DNA from: an uncultured Planctomycetota bacterium
GTDB lineage: Bacteria; Planctomycetota; Planctomycetia; Isosphaerales; Isosphaeraceae
Reading direction: 5' to 3'
Assembly: GCA_963823665.1 (NCBI GenBank)
Contig: CAWGMQ010000010.1
Span: forward strand, 608,001-672,000
DNA length: 64,000 nucleotides
The notes under the pieces were generated by a model. The model saw only the letters and a program-made list of their open reading frames with translations. It searched no databases and had not been told where the DNA came from. The stretch's first letter is position 1; the number at the start of each line of letters is the position of its first letter. The translations under genes and the position numbers were made by a program. Below are positions 42,840-56,981 of the stretch, in pieces.

Positions 42840-44650
42840 GCGCGTCTCTCGCCCGTTGACTGCGTCCGTTCCCGTTTTCCGTTTCGCGCCACGGCGTCCC
42901 GGATCACCGTCCGATCCCTGCATCCCCCGCTGCGCAGGTTCTTCGGCTTCCAGCCCCGGTATTCCCGCGCGTTCGGGCGCCACGCCGCTCCGGATCCGCC
43001 TGGCCGCCTCGGCATACCGTCGCGCCTTCTCCAGGCGCTCGGTCGGATCGTACCGATACCCGGCCACGCGCCGATAGTGCTCGCTCGTCCGATCGCACAT
43101 CGTCGCCCACTTTTCGGCGTCCATCCCGAAATGACGGGCGGAGTCATCCGCGTCAAAAGGGCTCGCTGCGCGGAACGAGGATCCAAGCACGTTTTTCCGG
43201 GCGAGCTCGCGCAACACCGCCTCTGCGAGGGCTGTCTGGCCCAGCAGGGTCGGGTGGTGCGTGTCCTGGATCACGTGGTCGTCGAGCAAGTGTCGCGGGC
43301 TGGCGGCGGCGAGCTCTACTCGCCCATCGATCAAGACGGACCGCTCATGCCGGGCGGCGACGCGGTCATAAGCGGCCCGCAGCCGCGCCGGGCACCGGAC
43401 CGGCAGCCCGTCGTTCTCGAGCGCGGCCAGGTAATGTTCCGCGGCGGCGGCAGGGCGCCCCGCGGCCTCCTCGAGGCGAGCCAGCCGGAAGTGCGCCTCG
43501 GCAAAGCCCGGATGGCGATCGAGAATCTTCCGGTACCGATCCGCCGTTACCAGGGCGTCGCTTGCCTTGCCCGCGCGGACCGCGCGGCACTCCCGCTCGA
43601 GCATGGTTCGTTCTTCTTGCGATACGTGAGCCGGCAGGCTCGAGCGGCTCGGCTCGTAATCGGCTTCATTCGCCGGCGGGATGATGAGCACCGGCACGGC
43701 GCCGATCTGTTCGCAGTAGGCCGTGATTGCCTCGAGGCGGGCCTCGAAATCGCGGCCGATCTCCTCGGCCTCGGCGGCGCTGCACTGGGGTGAGTCGATG
43801 AGCGTGTGACGCCCGTGCATCGAGGGCCCAACATCCAGCCGGTTCTTGCTGATCGTCTCATACGCAAGCCGGCAGAATGGCGAATTGAGGCTCGCCCTGT
43901 AGACGGGCCGGATCCAGCGATTGCCTGGCTCCTCATCCAGCCACCCTTCGCGCTCCTCTTCAAAACGCGCGGTGAACTCGTTGTGGCCCGAGTAGATGAT
44001 CACCATGTTCGGCCGCTGTTTGATTGCGGCCAGCTTGCGATGCTGGTCCTCGAGCGAGTCGCCCAGCCACGCCAGGATCTCGCACTCGAACCGGCGCCCG
44101 GCATGGCCTCGCCCAGCCGCCAGGCCACGATCTGCCCGACCGAAATCCACGGGCGATACGGCTCACCGAGCGCACTCGAGCCCCCCAGGACCACAATCCG
44201 GAACGTGTCGTCTGGCGCGTACCGGGAAGCTCGCCGGCAGCCTCGGATACCGGTGCATCCAGATCCGCCAGCCCGCTGAGCCCACCTCGAGCACGAAGAG
44301 CGACAGCAAGCACGAGCCCCCGAGCAAAACCGCCCGCGCCAGCGCCGGCCGCCTGCGCTGCGCCGGCGCGACCTGAAGAGAAGAAACGCCATGACCGGTG
44401 CCGCGACAACGGAGACCAGGAAAAGTGCCACATACCCGACCAGCACCGCACGCAGCAACCCCTCCGTCAACCCCCGGCGCACCCCTCGCGGCAAGAGCGG
44501 AACCCACGCCGAAATCACCAGCACGGCCGACGCCAGCAAGACGACCACCGCGATCAGCACGATAAGGCGAATCAACCGCCGATTCTGGAGTCCGCGCGCC
44601 GAAACTGGCTGCGGCGGTGCCCGGTCGATGCCCCTCGATCCAACGTTCAT
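42840..44650 (-). CDS. membrane SGNH-hydrolase-like/TPR protein (several frameshifts; 3' end uncertain)
   Basis: N-terminal TMs, VLGGSSALGEPY, IYSGHNEF, FAEAHFRLA, DTHHPT. Confidence 0.65.
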
Positions 44651-44717
44651 CAGCGAATGGCCCGCGCGGAAAAACTCGACCGTTTCCTGCAGGGTCCGCC
44701 GTTGCGGACCGTCCGTC

Positions 44718-45323
44718 TTAAGCCAGCCCCGCAGAGGTGAACACCGATTCAATCGAAAACGCAAGCCCAGGCAGCAATCGAGTCCGATAGACTGTGGGCG
44801 GCGAAACAGTGGTCTCGGTCCAGCGCCCTCGCGACCTACGCAACACGATCATTGCCCTGCGCTCAGAATCGACGATCCAATACTCCTTCACACCGGCGCG
44901 AAGGTACTCTTCCGGCTTCTCGTTGTAGTCGCGATTTCGCGAGCTCGGTGAGACCACTTCAATCACAATCTCGGGCACCCAGCGCGTCCAGAATTCGTCA
45001 TCCTCGAATTCGGGCGGCGGTGTCAGATACACGGCCAGATCGGGATGCCGTTCAGAGCCCAGAGCGGCGATGGTGAGCTTACACTCGCTTCCCGATGCGA
45101 TCACCTCGATACGACCGAGATTCGCGGACTTGTAAGCCTGAAGCTGATCCCGCGTTGCCGCGACTTGAAGCATGTGCCGCTTCTTCGGTATCTCGACCAC
45201 AGTGATGATCCCCCGGCCCAGCTCGTAAAGGCGCCCTTCCTCCGCTTCCGCCTCGACAAAGTCGTCGAGTTCCATCGGCCGCCCATGGTCCGCCGGTCCG
45301 ATCTTGATGATGGTCTTGCTCAT
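44718..45323 (-). CDS. Uma2 (DUF820) family endonuclease-like protein
   Basis: YELGRG, PDLAV, PEIVIEVVSPS, K..EY..AGVKEYWIVD. Confidence 0.88.
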   Translation of the reverse strand: MSKTIIKIGPADHGRPMELDDFVEAEAEEGRLYELGRGIITVVEIPKKRHMLQVAATRDQLQAYKSANLGRIEVIASGSECKLTIAALGSERHPDLAVYLTPPPEFEDDEFWTRWVPEIVIEVVSPSSRNRDYNEKPEEYLRAGVKEYWIVDSERRAMIVLRRSRGRWTETTVSPPTVYRTRLLPGLAFSIESVFTSAGLA

Positions 45324-45342
45324 GAAGCCCTCAAGATAGCGA

Positions 45343-47784
<2,442 letters not shown>

Positions 47785-47945
47785 GATCCGTTCCCACGAT
47801 CCGATCGAGTCGCCTCGATCCAGAACCCTCGCTCTCGACGCTCCGTCGATTCTACGAACATCCGCGGGGGAGGTCGATCTTTGTCTTCCCGGTGCCAGGC
47901 CGGGTCCGGCACCGTCTCGGCTTCACCGCGCAGAGCATCAGCCGC

Positions 47946-48650
47946 TCACCGGTAAAGTTGAAGACACCGCCATTCCACCACCCACCGCGTTCCTCTCCTG
48001 CTCAGCAGGTACACCCAGTCAGCGCCGTGCATGCCCATCGGCAATCCGAAGACGACGATTGCGGAATTGCCGTCTTTCGAATATCCAGGTGGCCTTGGCC
48101 ACAATGGGCGCGCCGGAGGCGGGTATTTCCTGAAAATCGCTGCTACTCCGGCATCGAGAGGGCTCTCCGATTTCCCAAGCATGGCGTCCAGGTTGTCTAA
48201 GATGATGCTAGATTTGGCGGGCTTGAAATCCGCCAGTGAGATCGCCGCCAGCGCTACGCGACGATCCAGGTCTTCGAGAGCATCCTTGGGAATGATTGGG
48301 ACATCATCGCTGTCGTCAGCCGAGGCTCGCCCGATCGGCTCGGCGATCCTGCTCAAGAACGGACCCGATGGGCTTGTCTTGTGATTGACGATCAATTTCA
48401 CGGGCGAGCCGCTCTTATCGTGGGTGGGATTCCGATCCCCGAAGTCATTGAGCGCGGCCTCGAGCACCGCGAAGTCCCTCCGCTTCACCGCGGCCTCGTC
48501 CTTCGGAAGCTCGGCCTCCGCGAGATATCGGACGGCTGATTGAATCGGTTGCTTGGGTCTGGCCCCTTTGGTCAAAACCGTGACGATCCCGAGCACGCCG
48601 CCCAGCGCGATGACCGACCCCAGAATGCCTCGAAGCACGCGTTTCCACAT
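47946..48650 (-). CDS. hypothetical membrane-anchored protein
   Basis: N-terminal TM; C-terminal PGYSKDG..AIV..HG..YLL..W.V motif. Confidence 0.6.
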   Translation of the reverse strand: MWKRVLRGILGSVIALGGVLGIVTVLTKGARPKQPIQSAVRYLAEAELPKDEAAVKRRDFAVLEAALNDFGDRNPTHDKSGSPVKLIVNHKTSPSGPFLSRIAEPIGRASADDSDDVPIIPKDALEDLDRRVALAAISLADFKPAKSSIILDNLDAMLGKSESPLDAGVAAIFRKYPPPARPLWPRPPGYSKDGNSAIVVFGLPMGMHGADWVYLLSRRGTRWVVEWRCLQLYR

Positions 48651-48677
48651 TCCTGCATCACACTATCGTTCACCAGA

Positions 48678-49085
48678 TCAGGAAGTACCCAGCAAGCCGT
48701 TCCAGTCTTGCACTTTGGGATCGAGAATCCGCCTCGTCACGCGTTCCGGAAGTTCCAGGTCCAGAATCGACTCGACCGAGCGCCGGATCGCCTCGTCCGG
48801 TTCTCCGAACCGCGTTTCCCCCAGCATCAAGAGCAATCGCTGCGCCTCGCTGACGCGGCCCTCGATGAGGCCCTTGTCGAGGCCCTGTTTCAAGATCGCC
48901 TGGTATGTCGTCGATTCCTGCATATTTTGAACTCTTTCAAGCAAATGCATGGCGAACTCGTCGGTGAACCGTAATCCCATAAGCAGGTAGGTGGCTGTCC
49001 ACAGCATCCCCGCCCGCGTCTCGGGTTCTGCGTTGATTCGATCGGCCATTCGCTGCACGAGTTCCGGCAGCGCCGCTCGGTCTGT
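48678..49085 (-). pseudogene. 3' half of an Rpn/DUF4351-like planctomycete repeat-family gene
   Basis: LWTATYLLMGLRF, MQESTTYQAIL..G, RFGEP; 5' half absent. Confidence 0.6.
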
Positions 49086-49415
49086 CGACGCACTGGGTGG
49101 GCGCTCGGCTTAGCCCTTATCATAGCGCGTGGCCCTCGCGGTGACCATCTGCCCCGGACCCCTCCCTTGACCAGCACTCGCGGGATTTTCCCGGCTCATA
49201 TTGAGTCGATGTCGAGCCGGTCCAGCGACCAATGCCTCGCGTGTGTGTTCACCAGCATCGCCACACTCGGCAACTTGGCACCGTTCAACCGGCTTTCGTC
49301 ATAAGGATATGATGGTGCGCGGCCCTCGGACGCCTTAAAGGTCGTTTCGTGGTCGCCTAAGTTATGAAGCGTTCGGCCATTGCGGTTTGGTTCCATGCGG
49401 CTGAAGGGATCTCCG

Positions 49416-50093
49416 ATGAAAGCACCTCGGCTGTGGAAATGTCTGCGAGTGTCATGCCTTATCGGCGGCTGCGTATCGCTCCGCGCGGCGCCCGCACGCG
49501 AAAAGCCTGTCACAGCAGAGCGCGCGCGGCCTGTTGCCGCGCTTCCGGCCGATGGAAAAGACCAGGCTCCCAGCGAGCCCAAACCCGATCAACTCGCAGT
49601 CACGCGCGAGAGGCTGTGGAGATCCTTCCCGGACGACATTCGCGAGATGGTTTACCGGTGGGATCCTCGTGACCCACGAAGTGAGGAGGACCGTCGACGG
49701 GCGCTGTTCGATTTCATGTACGAAGGGTTCGACAGCGCCGCGTGGATTCCGCAGTCCTTGTTCACACGAAAACAGTTATTAGCCCCATTCGGTGATCCTG
49801 ACGCCATCATCACGCGAACGATCGGGCTCGTCGGCTGGCCACAAAACCGCGCTTCGAAGACGTACGGAATGGCCCCTGAGCTCGCGCCGGGTCGGCCGTT
49901 GGCCTGGACCGCGAACTGCGTCACGTGTCACATCGCCGAGATCGATGGCGTTGTCTATCTCGGAGGCGGTGGAAAAGTGCTCGACGAGACCGTGCTCAAG
50001 CTGGCCGTCCAGGGCTTGACCGACAGGCGCTGGAGGGCCCAACTCCTCGACAATAACCGCCGCGCGCTGTTCGAGTATCTTAAGACAATGTGA
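49416..50093 (+). pseudogene. c-type cytochrome (RoxA-like), apparently internally deleted
   Basis: Signal peptide, ANCVTCH haem motif, then a direct jump to the terminal RRALFEYLKTM motif. Confidence 0.5.
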
Positions 50094-50476
50094 TTCATTG
50101 ACCTCCTGGTATGTCGTCCATTCTCGCAACTTCTGCGTTCCTTCGAGCAACGGTGCGGCGAATTCGTTCGTGAGGATCGTTTCACCGGCAGCGGTCCCGC
50201 GCGTGAGGTTCGGCTCGAGCGCGACGCGTAGGGCCGGATCAGCGGCCTGCGCGCCTCGGGGTGGCCGTGTCGTGGGCGTATTGTTCCAAAAGCAGCCGTA
50301 GGAGGCACGTCCGCGTGCCGACTCTTCGGTGATCGACGATCACAGCACACGGGCCCTGAACCCACAAGCGGCCGTCATGCTCGACCAGGCGCTCTTGAAA
50401 TGCGACCGCCGATTCGGATAATTGTGGTTTTCCCCAAAAATCGACGATTCCGGATTGCGATCGGGAGAGCACGTTC

Positions 50477-50692
50477 GTGGCTGTACCAAAACGCCGTAAA
50501 TCACCATCAGCGCAAGGGATGCGGAGGAGCCACGATTTTCTGGTCGCTCCCGCATTGAGCATTTGTCCGCAGTGCAAGCTGGCCGTGCCGCCGCACAAGG
50601 TTTGCGATCTGGTCGAAGAATGTGGAAACATCCAGCGATCCAAGACGCACAGGCCGCTGGCGAAGAAAGAAAAAGAAAAGACCAAGAAGTGA
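50477..50692 (+). CDS. rpmF: 50S ribosomal protein L32
   Basis: MAVPKRRKS..MRRSH..CPQC..PHKVC. Confidence 0.93.
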   Translation: MAVPKRRKSPSAQGMRRSHDFLVAPALSICPQCKLAVPPHKVCDLVEECGNIQRSKTHRPLAKKEKEKTKK

Positions 50693-50716
50693 AGTGAATG
50701 AAAAGGAGAGGCTTCG

Positions 50717-51037
50717 ATGGGTCGCGAGTGTCCAGTCAGCGGTAAGAAGACCACGTTCGGCAATCACAAGACCGATCGCGGTAAGGCGAAGTACTTGGGC
50801 GGCGTCGGCAAGAAGACGACCGGCATCAGCCGCCGCACCTTCAAGCCGAATCTCCAGCGTATTCACATCTGGCTGCCCAACGGCAAGACAACCCACGTCC
50901 GTGTGGCCACTTCGGTGATTCGCAGCGGCGTGTTGACCCTCGAGGTCGACGGCAAGCTTCAGACGTTTCCGCTCATCAAGGCGGCGACGGGCAGCGCCGC
51001 GGCGCGTGAGAGGCTGAAAAACTTGTACCCCATCTGA
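50717..51037 (+). CDS. rpmB: 50S ribosomal protein L28
   Basis: MGRECPVSGK..GN..RGKAKYLGGVG..RRTFKPNLQ. Confidence 0.93.
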   Translation: MGRECPVSGKKTTFGNHKTDRGKAKYLGGVGKKTTGISRRTFKPNLQRIHIWLPNGKTTHVRVATSVIRSGVLTLEVDGKLQTFPLIKAATGSAAARERLKNLYPI

Positions 51038-51134
51038 GCCCGGTCGCGCGTCCTTTCGGCAAGCGACTGAGTGGACGGTTGCTCCGATACCCGCGGCGCG
51101 AAACGGCTGCGCACCATTTCCGGCCGCGGCCGAG

Positions 51135-51150
51135 TTGACAGTCATTGTCA
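51135..51150 (+). promoter_or_regulatory. TTGACA -35 overlapped by a TGACA-N5-TGTCA palindrome (candidate TA operator)
   Basis: gagTTGACAgtcatTGTCAtt just upstream of the toxin ATG at 51163. Confidence 0.5.
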
Positions 51151-51162
51151 TTCGACCCAGAG

Positions 51163-51480
51163 ATGGCTCATAGCCTTACAATAACTCGCGAAGCGAAAGC
51201 GCAGTTCTCGCAACTTACCGCACGCGAGCGGCGCATCCTCGACGATGGAATCGCGTCCCGGCTCATCGATCAGCCCACACTGCCGTCCAACGCGATCAAA
51301 CAACTCAGACCAAACCCATTCGCGGGTTACGAGCTCAGACTGGGTGATCTCCGAGTGCTGTATAATGTGAACGAGGAAGATCGCGAAGTTGTCGTGGTGC
51401 TCGTTGGCCGCAAGCTAGGTGCGAAGCTCGAAGCGGGAGGCGAGGAATTTCATGGACACCAAGATCATCCAACTGAGTGA
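51163..51480 (+). CDS. RelE/ParE-family toxin
   Basis: IKQLRP..YELRLGDLRVLYNV..VVVVLVGRK. Confidence 0.8.
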   Translation: MAHSLTITREAKAQFSQLTARERRILDDGIASRLIDQPTLPSNAIKQLRPNPFAGYELRLGDLRVLYNVNEEDREVVVVLVGRKLGAKLEAGGEEFHGHQDHPTE

Positions 51481-51733
51481 ATTCCAGACGGACCCGGAAG
51501 GCGTCTTGAATCGATGCTACGACTCCGGTCAACCGCTGGTCGTTGAGTTACCGAACCGCGGGCTGGTGTCGATTCAGCCGGTGGATGCGAACGATGATCT
51601 CGTCGACGACTTGATCGAACACAATCCCGCATTTCGAGCCCTGCTGGCGAAGTCATTGGCCAGCCCGCGCGAGCCGTATCCGTTCGCAGCCGCGACCCGG
51701 GCCGACGCGGCGGCAGATCACTCCTCATCCTGA
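51452..51733 (+). CDS. putative antitoxin (Phd/YefM-like N-terminus), downstream of the toxin
   Basis: Overlaps the toxin 3' end; [21 protein letters not shown]; acidic C-terminal half. Confidence 0.65.
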   Translation: MDTKIIQLSEFQTDPEGVLNRCYDSGQPLVVELPNRGLVSIQPVDANDDLVDDLIEHNPAFRALLAKSLASPREPYPFAAATRADAAADHSSS

Positions 51734-53688
51734 TCCGTCTGCCGTAGCCGTGCCAGTACGCTCATGTCTTCAAGGGTCGTTGTATCGCCCGTGCTGTCGA
51801 CGCCGGCGGCGATGTCACGCAGCAGCCGCCGCATGATCTTGCCGCTGCGGGTCTTGGGAAGGGAGTCGGTGAACCGGATCTCATCTGGACGCGCCAGGGC
51901 CCCGATCTCCTTGGCAACGTGCGCCCGAAGCTCCTGCCGCAGCGGCTCGCTGGGTTCGCTGCCGGACTCCAGCGTGACGAACGCGGCGATTCCCTGGCCT
52001 TTCAAATCGTCGGGTTTGCCCACAACCGCCGCCTCGGCGACCAGGGGATGGCTGACGAGCGCGCTTTCGACCTCCATCGTCGAGAGCCGATGTCCCGCGA
52101 CGTTGATCACATCGTCGACCCGGCCCAGCACCCAGTAGTTCCCGTTCTCGTCGCGCCGGGCGCCGTCACCGGTGAAGTAGCACCCCGGGATGTCGCTCCA
52201 GTACTGCGCTCTTGTACCGCTCGTCGTCACCGTAAAGGGTGCGCAGCATCGACGGCCAGGGCTGTTTGATCACCAGAAACCCTCCGTGATTCGGTGGGCA
52301 GGAGCGGCCATCCCTGGTGACGATATCGGGGACGATGCCCGGGAACGGGCGGGTGGCCGAGCCGGGCACCGCCGGAATCGCACCGGGCAGCGGCGAGATC
52401 ATGATCGCGCCTGTCTCGGTTTGCCACCAGGTGTCGACGACCGGGCAGCGGCCGCCGCCGATGACGCGGTAATACCACATCCAGGCCTCAGGGTTGATCG
52501 GCTCACCAACGGTGCCCAGCAGCCGCAAGCTGGAGAGGTCGTGCCGGCGCGGGAATTGCTCGCCCCATTTCATGAACGCACGGATCGCCGTCGGTGCCGT
52601 GTAGAGAATCGACACCTGGAAGTCCTCGATGATCTTCCAGAAACGCCCCTCGTCCGGCCAGTTCGGCGCCCCCTCATACATCACGCAGGTGGCGCCATTC
52701 GAGAGTGGTCCGTACACGATGTAGGAATGCCCGGTCACCCATCCCACGTCGGCCGTGCACCAGAACGTGTCGTCGTCCTTGAGGTCGAAGACCCACTTGC
52801 TCGTGAGTGTGGTGCCCAGCAAGTACCCGCCTGTTGTGTGCAAGATCCCTTTTGGTTTGCCCGTGGATCCTGACGTATAGAGGATGAACAGCGGATGCTC
52901 GCTGTCGAGCGGCTCCGCGGGGCACACGGCGTGCGCATTGGATGCGAGCTCGTGCCACCAGTGATCTCGGCCGGCCGTCCAGTTCACCGGCGTGCCTGTT
53001 CGGCGGAAGACCACCACGTCCTTGAGAGAGGGAGAGGCTGCCGCCGCCGCGTCGGCGCTTTCCTTGAGCGGCACCAGCTTGCCGCGGCGATAGCCCGCGT
53101 CGGCCGTGACCAGCACCTTTGCCTTGCAGTCATTGATTCGCCCGGCCAGCGACTCCGCGCTGAAACCGCCGAAGATCACCGTGTGCGGCGCTCCGATCCG
53201 GCGCAAGCCAGAAGCGCGATGACCAGCTCCGGAACGAGCGGCATGTAAACGGCGACGACGTCCCCTTTGCGCACGCCCAACGACTTGAGTACGTTCGCAA
53301 ATTTGGATACTTCCCGCAACAAGTCCTGATACCGCAGCACCCGGCGCTCGCCCGGCTCGCCCTCCCAGATGATGGCTGCTTTGTTGCGGTTAGGCCCGTG
53401 GCAGTGCCGATCCACGCAGTTATAAGACGCGTTGAGCTTCCCGCCCACAAACCATCGCGCAAACGGCGGCTTCCATTCCAGCACATCGCTCCACGGCGTG
53501 CTCCAGTCCAGGAGCTTCGCCTGGTCGCCCCAGAACCCCGCTGGATCGTCCTTCGCTCGATTCCACAGTGCCTCGTATTGCGCGAGGCTGCCGATGTGGG
53601 CCTTCCTGGCGAACTCGTCCGGCGGAGGAAAGACGCGAGTCTCCTGCAGCACGCTGGTGATCGAACCGCCACCCTGGTTGCTCGACAT
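51718..53688 (-). CDS. acs: acetate--CoA ligase (frameshifts ~53200, ~52210)
   Basis: [53 protein letters not shown]. Confidence 0.96.
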
Positions 53689-53729
53689 GTTCGCTGTCCC
53701 CCGCCAGTTGCATTCGAGAATGAAGTTGG

Positions 53730-53757
53730 ATCGTATGGCCCTGCCCGCACCAGTCAA
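53730..53757 (-). promoter_or_regulatory. sigma70-like promoter for acs
   Basis: Minus strand TTGACT-N16-TACGAT, about 40 nt upstream of ATG 53688. Confidence 0.45.
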
Positions 53758-54180
53758 TCCTCGACGACACCAAGGGGTTGCGATGAATGACCCGCCGATG
53801 GCCCGCCGACACTCGCGACCACGAGGCATTCGGGAGGAGCCAGAGACCCAATCTCTGGAGTGAGTTCCGGAGGAAGCCAGCCGCACGCGACCCGCACCGG
53901 TTCGTGTCCCGCAATTCCTGGAGCCTAGCGGCCGACGCCGCGCACAGTAGGCGCTGTACCAAGGTTGGTCAGCAATCGTGTGCGCTTGGGTAGGTCGCCG
54001 GCGCTCGCACGCGTCCGTTGCTGCGAACCGCTCGATGTACACGGCGGTGCTTCGGCCGTCTGCGCGCCAACTCGGCGACGCTGGTGCCGACACTTGGATG
54101 ATGGATGCGATCTCCACATCCAAGTGGTGGGAGTCTGCATGCCTTCCACTCGCTGAAGACGCGCGGCCGCGTGCGGCGCC

Positions 54181-54879
54181 TCACATCGCCGCAAAACTCG
54201 CCTCGAGCAAGAGCCACATCTCCAGCCGCTGAATTCGTCGCGCCAGCCGTTCCTGGGGCGTCCCCGGTTTTGCCGTCGTGCAGAGATCCGTCATGGCGGA
54301 AGCGCTCCACGCGTCCTTCAGGATGAGCTGCGCGGCGAGCGATGCGAGACCCTCCGCCTCGAACAGCGGCTTCGCCGCTTCGGCCAGCGGAATGAAAACC
54401 GGATGTCGCCCGACGCGCCGGAACCAGTACGCGGCATTGCCGGCATCGGGCTCACGCCGGTGACCAATTCCATGCCAGTATGCCGAAGTACCGCGCTCCC
54501 CTCGGTCGTCGGCCTGCTGGGCAGCGTGGTGGCTTCCTTCCCAGAAGTCGTGCACCTGCAACAGGCCTGCCGCCAGCGCCAGCCGCAGCGGATGAGGAAC
54601 ACTGGGAAACATCACCGCCAGCGCGGGCTCGGAAAGCGCCCGTAAGAGCTTGGGACGGCGCGGCTTGGCCTGCACAACCGCCGGGCCGAGCGAACTATCG
54701 TCGCCGAGTGCCTCCGCCGCGAGCGCTGCGATCAGGTCGGCAGGGCCAATCGTCCCACCTTTCGCCGCGCCCGCCCCGCCGCCTTCGACCCAGGCAACAA
54801 TCTCGGAGATCGGCGTCGCGCCCGCGCTCAAGCAGAGTTGTCCGTCACCGCTGGAAAGGCGATCTCGCAGGATTCCCAT
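54181..54879 (-). CDS. conserved hypothetical protein
   Basis: SHHAAQ..AYWHGIGHRREPD.GNA.YWFRRVG.HP..EMWLL motif set. Confidence 0.75.
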   Translation of the reverse strand: MGILRDRLSSGDGQLCLSAGATPISEIVAWVEGGGAGAAKGGTIGPADLIAALAAEALGDDSSLGPAVVQAKPRRPKLLRALSEPALAVMFPSVPHPLRLALAAGLLQVHDFWEGSHHAAQQADDRGERGTSAYWHGIGHRREPDAGNAAYWFRRVGRHPVFIPLAEAAKPLFEAEGLASLAAQLILKDAWSASAMTDLCTTAKPGTPQERLARRIQRLEMWLLLEASFAAM

Positions 54880-54953
54880 GGGGCCCTCACACCGTGTACC
54901 GGCCGGCTCGACTCACGAGCGGGACACAACAGCCGGTCGCCCTCGCCGGCTCG

Positions 54954-56981
54954 TTACAGCCAGCCTTTGAACCATTTGTAGATATCCTGAGACGTGACGA
55001 ACAGCATCAAGCACGCCACAAGGATCAACCCGACCCATTGGCCGGCGATGAGCGCCGAGTCAGGCAACGGCCGGCCGCGCACCTTCTCGGCGATCAGGAA
55101 CACCATCTGCCCGCCGTCCAGCGGCGGGATGGGCAGGAAGTTCAGCACCGCCAGGTTCACGCTCAAGATGCCCAGAAAAAACACCAGCACGGAGAGGCTC
55201 GTGCCGGCGGCGCTGTATCCCATCCTGAAGATCATGATGGGCCCGCCCAGGTGCTTGATGCTCACTCGCCGCTGGAACAAGCTTCGGAAGGTTGAATACA
55301 CGATCATGACTGTTCGGATCGTGCGGTGGAACCCGCTGTTCATCGCCTGGGTAAAGCCTTCGGCAGGCATCATCCGCCGCTGGCTCTGGAATTCCACCCC
55401 GCGAACCGGGTAGAACCACTCCGGTTCGGGCCTGGGCATGATGCGCATCGATCTGGTGCTGCCGTTCACGGTGAATTCGACATCCTGGTACTTACGATCT
55501 TGAACGCGGATGAACGCACCCCACCACGAGTCAGCCGATTCCTTCGCCGTGAACCACGTCGCCGGTGTCTCCTTGAAGTGGAACTCGACCTCGGCCGTCT
55601 TGGGCTTCTCGCCTTTCTTCGCGGGCTCGACCACTCGGAGCAAAAGCGCATCGATCACGTCCCCCGCCTTGAGTCCAGCCCAGGCCGCGGGCGAATTGGG
55701 CCGCACTGCGAGGATCTTGGGCTCGACTGGATAACAAAAGCCCAGGCCGGGCACGTCGACCGGCTCGTCTTCCTGCACAAAGTTCCGGTATGGCACACTG
55801 TCATCCGGCGTCGCGGTCAACGTCAGCGTGGCCGGCGCGCCGCCGGGGACTGGCCGTTCGACGAGAAACGTCATCGGCTTTCCGGCCTTCTCGCAGCAGA
55901 GATCGGGCAGGCGCAGCGGGTCGATGTCGTCGTTCCCGTCCACCTTCTTGATCCGGTCTCCCGGCCGAAATCCGGCAACATCCGCCGGCGAGCCCCTGCG
56001 TACGCCGCTGATCGGCTCGAGGGCGAACCGCAGGCCGAAGTCGACGAAATGGGCCGGGGGCAATGTCAAGTCCGTGGAAGACACCACGGCGCCGTGTTCG
56101 CCCTCTTCGGTGAGTTTGGTGCGCTCGATGTGCACCGTGAGCGGGCGCTTGCGGTACTTCGTGTTCAGCCGATCGTATTCGAGCGGCCCGCTGACGGGCT
56201 CCAGCTTCTCTCCCGCGGGTCCGGCCGAGACGACCACGTCGGCCCTCGTCTGTAGCTCCTTTTCGGGAATCTCTTCGTAAACCGCCGGTTTGTCGATGCC
56301 AGGGACCGGCCTGATTCCCCCGAGCTCCAGGCTATGGGCCGCCACCACGCCGATCGTCGGCCGGTCTGAAGTTTCGCCGGCGGACGGTTCCAGGTTGACT
56401 TCGACCGGGCTACTGCTCCCAGGCCGGTTGATCTCGAAATGCAACACCTGCCCCGTCGAGCTCAGCACCACCGTCTCCAGCAGATCGGCATACGCCAGGT
56501 TGCGTCTGCCGTCGATCGCCATGATCTCGTCTCCGGGACGAAGTCCCGCCTGGTAGGCCGGCGAGCCCGCCGTCACCCCGCCCAGCACCGGCGGCTGCTC
56601 CATTCGCGGGTTCGAGTAATAAAAGGCGAAGCAGCCGTACGCAAGGATCACGTTCATGATCACGCCCGCCGAGATGATCGCCATCCGCGCGCTTACCGAC
56701 TTGTTCGGGTAGGCGCGAGGATCGGTCGACCTGCTCGCTTCGCCGTCCGGCTCTTCACCCAGCATCTTGACGAAGCCGCCCAGGGGCAGCGCGGCGATCA
56801 CGTACTCGGTCTCGCCGCGGCGAAAGCCGAAGATCGTCGGGCCGAAGCCGATCGAGAATTTCTCGACCTTGACGCCGTTCCACTTGGCCATCAAGAAATG
56901 GCCCAGCTCGTGAATGAAGATCACGAGGCCCAATCCCAAGGCGATCTTCGCCCAGTTCATCGCCTGTATCAAGATCTCCAA
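54954..56981 (-). CDS. rseP: RIP metalloprotease RseP (M50, multiple PDZ)
   Basis: HELGH, PLGGFVKM, PDZ motifs (GSPA..AG.RPGD), NFLPIPPLDGG; follows dxr. Confidence 0.93.
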   Translation of the reverse strand: MEILIQAMNWAKIALGLGLVIFIHELGHFLMAKWNGVKVEKFSIGFGPTIFGFRRGETEYVIAALPLGGFVKMLGEEPDGEASRSTDPRAYPNKSVSARMAIISAGVIMNVILAYGCFAFYYSNPRMEQPPVLGGVTAGSPAYQAGLRPGDEIMAIDGRRNLAYADLLETVVLSSTGQVLHFEINRPGSSSPVEVNLEPSAGETSDRPTIGVVAAHSLELGGIRPVPGIDKPAVYEEIPEKELQTRADVVVSAGPAGEKLEPVSGPLEYDRLNTKYRKRPLTVHIERTKLTEEGEHGAVVSSTDLTLPPAHFVDFGLRFALEPISGVRRGSPADVAGFRPGDRIKKVDGNDDIDPLRLPDLCCEKAGKPMTFLVERPVPGGAPATLTLTATPDDSVPYRNFVQEDEPVDVPGLGFCYPVEPKILAVRPNSPAAWAGLKAGDVIDALLLRVVEPAKKGEKPKTAEVEFHFKETPATWFTAKESADSWWGAFIRVQDRKYQDVEFTVNGSTRSMRIMPRPEPEWFYPVRGVEFQSQRRMMPAEGFTQAMNSGFHRTIRTVMIVYSTFRSLFQRRVSIKHLGGPIMIFRMGYSAAGTSLSVLVFFLGILSVNLAVLNFLPIPPLDGGQMVFLIAEKVRGRPLPDSALIAGQWVGLILVACLMLFVTSQDIYKWFKGWL

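Noticed and set aside
53760..54180. Long intergenic region upstream of acs as a possible riboswitch/ncRNA
   Set aside because: No known riboswitch consensus or convincing terminator is recognisable by eye.
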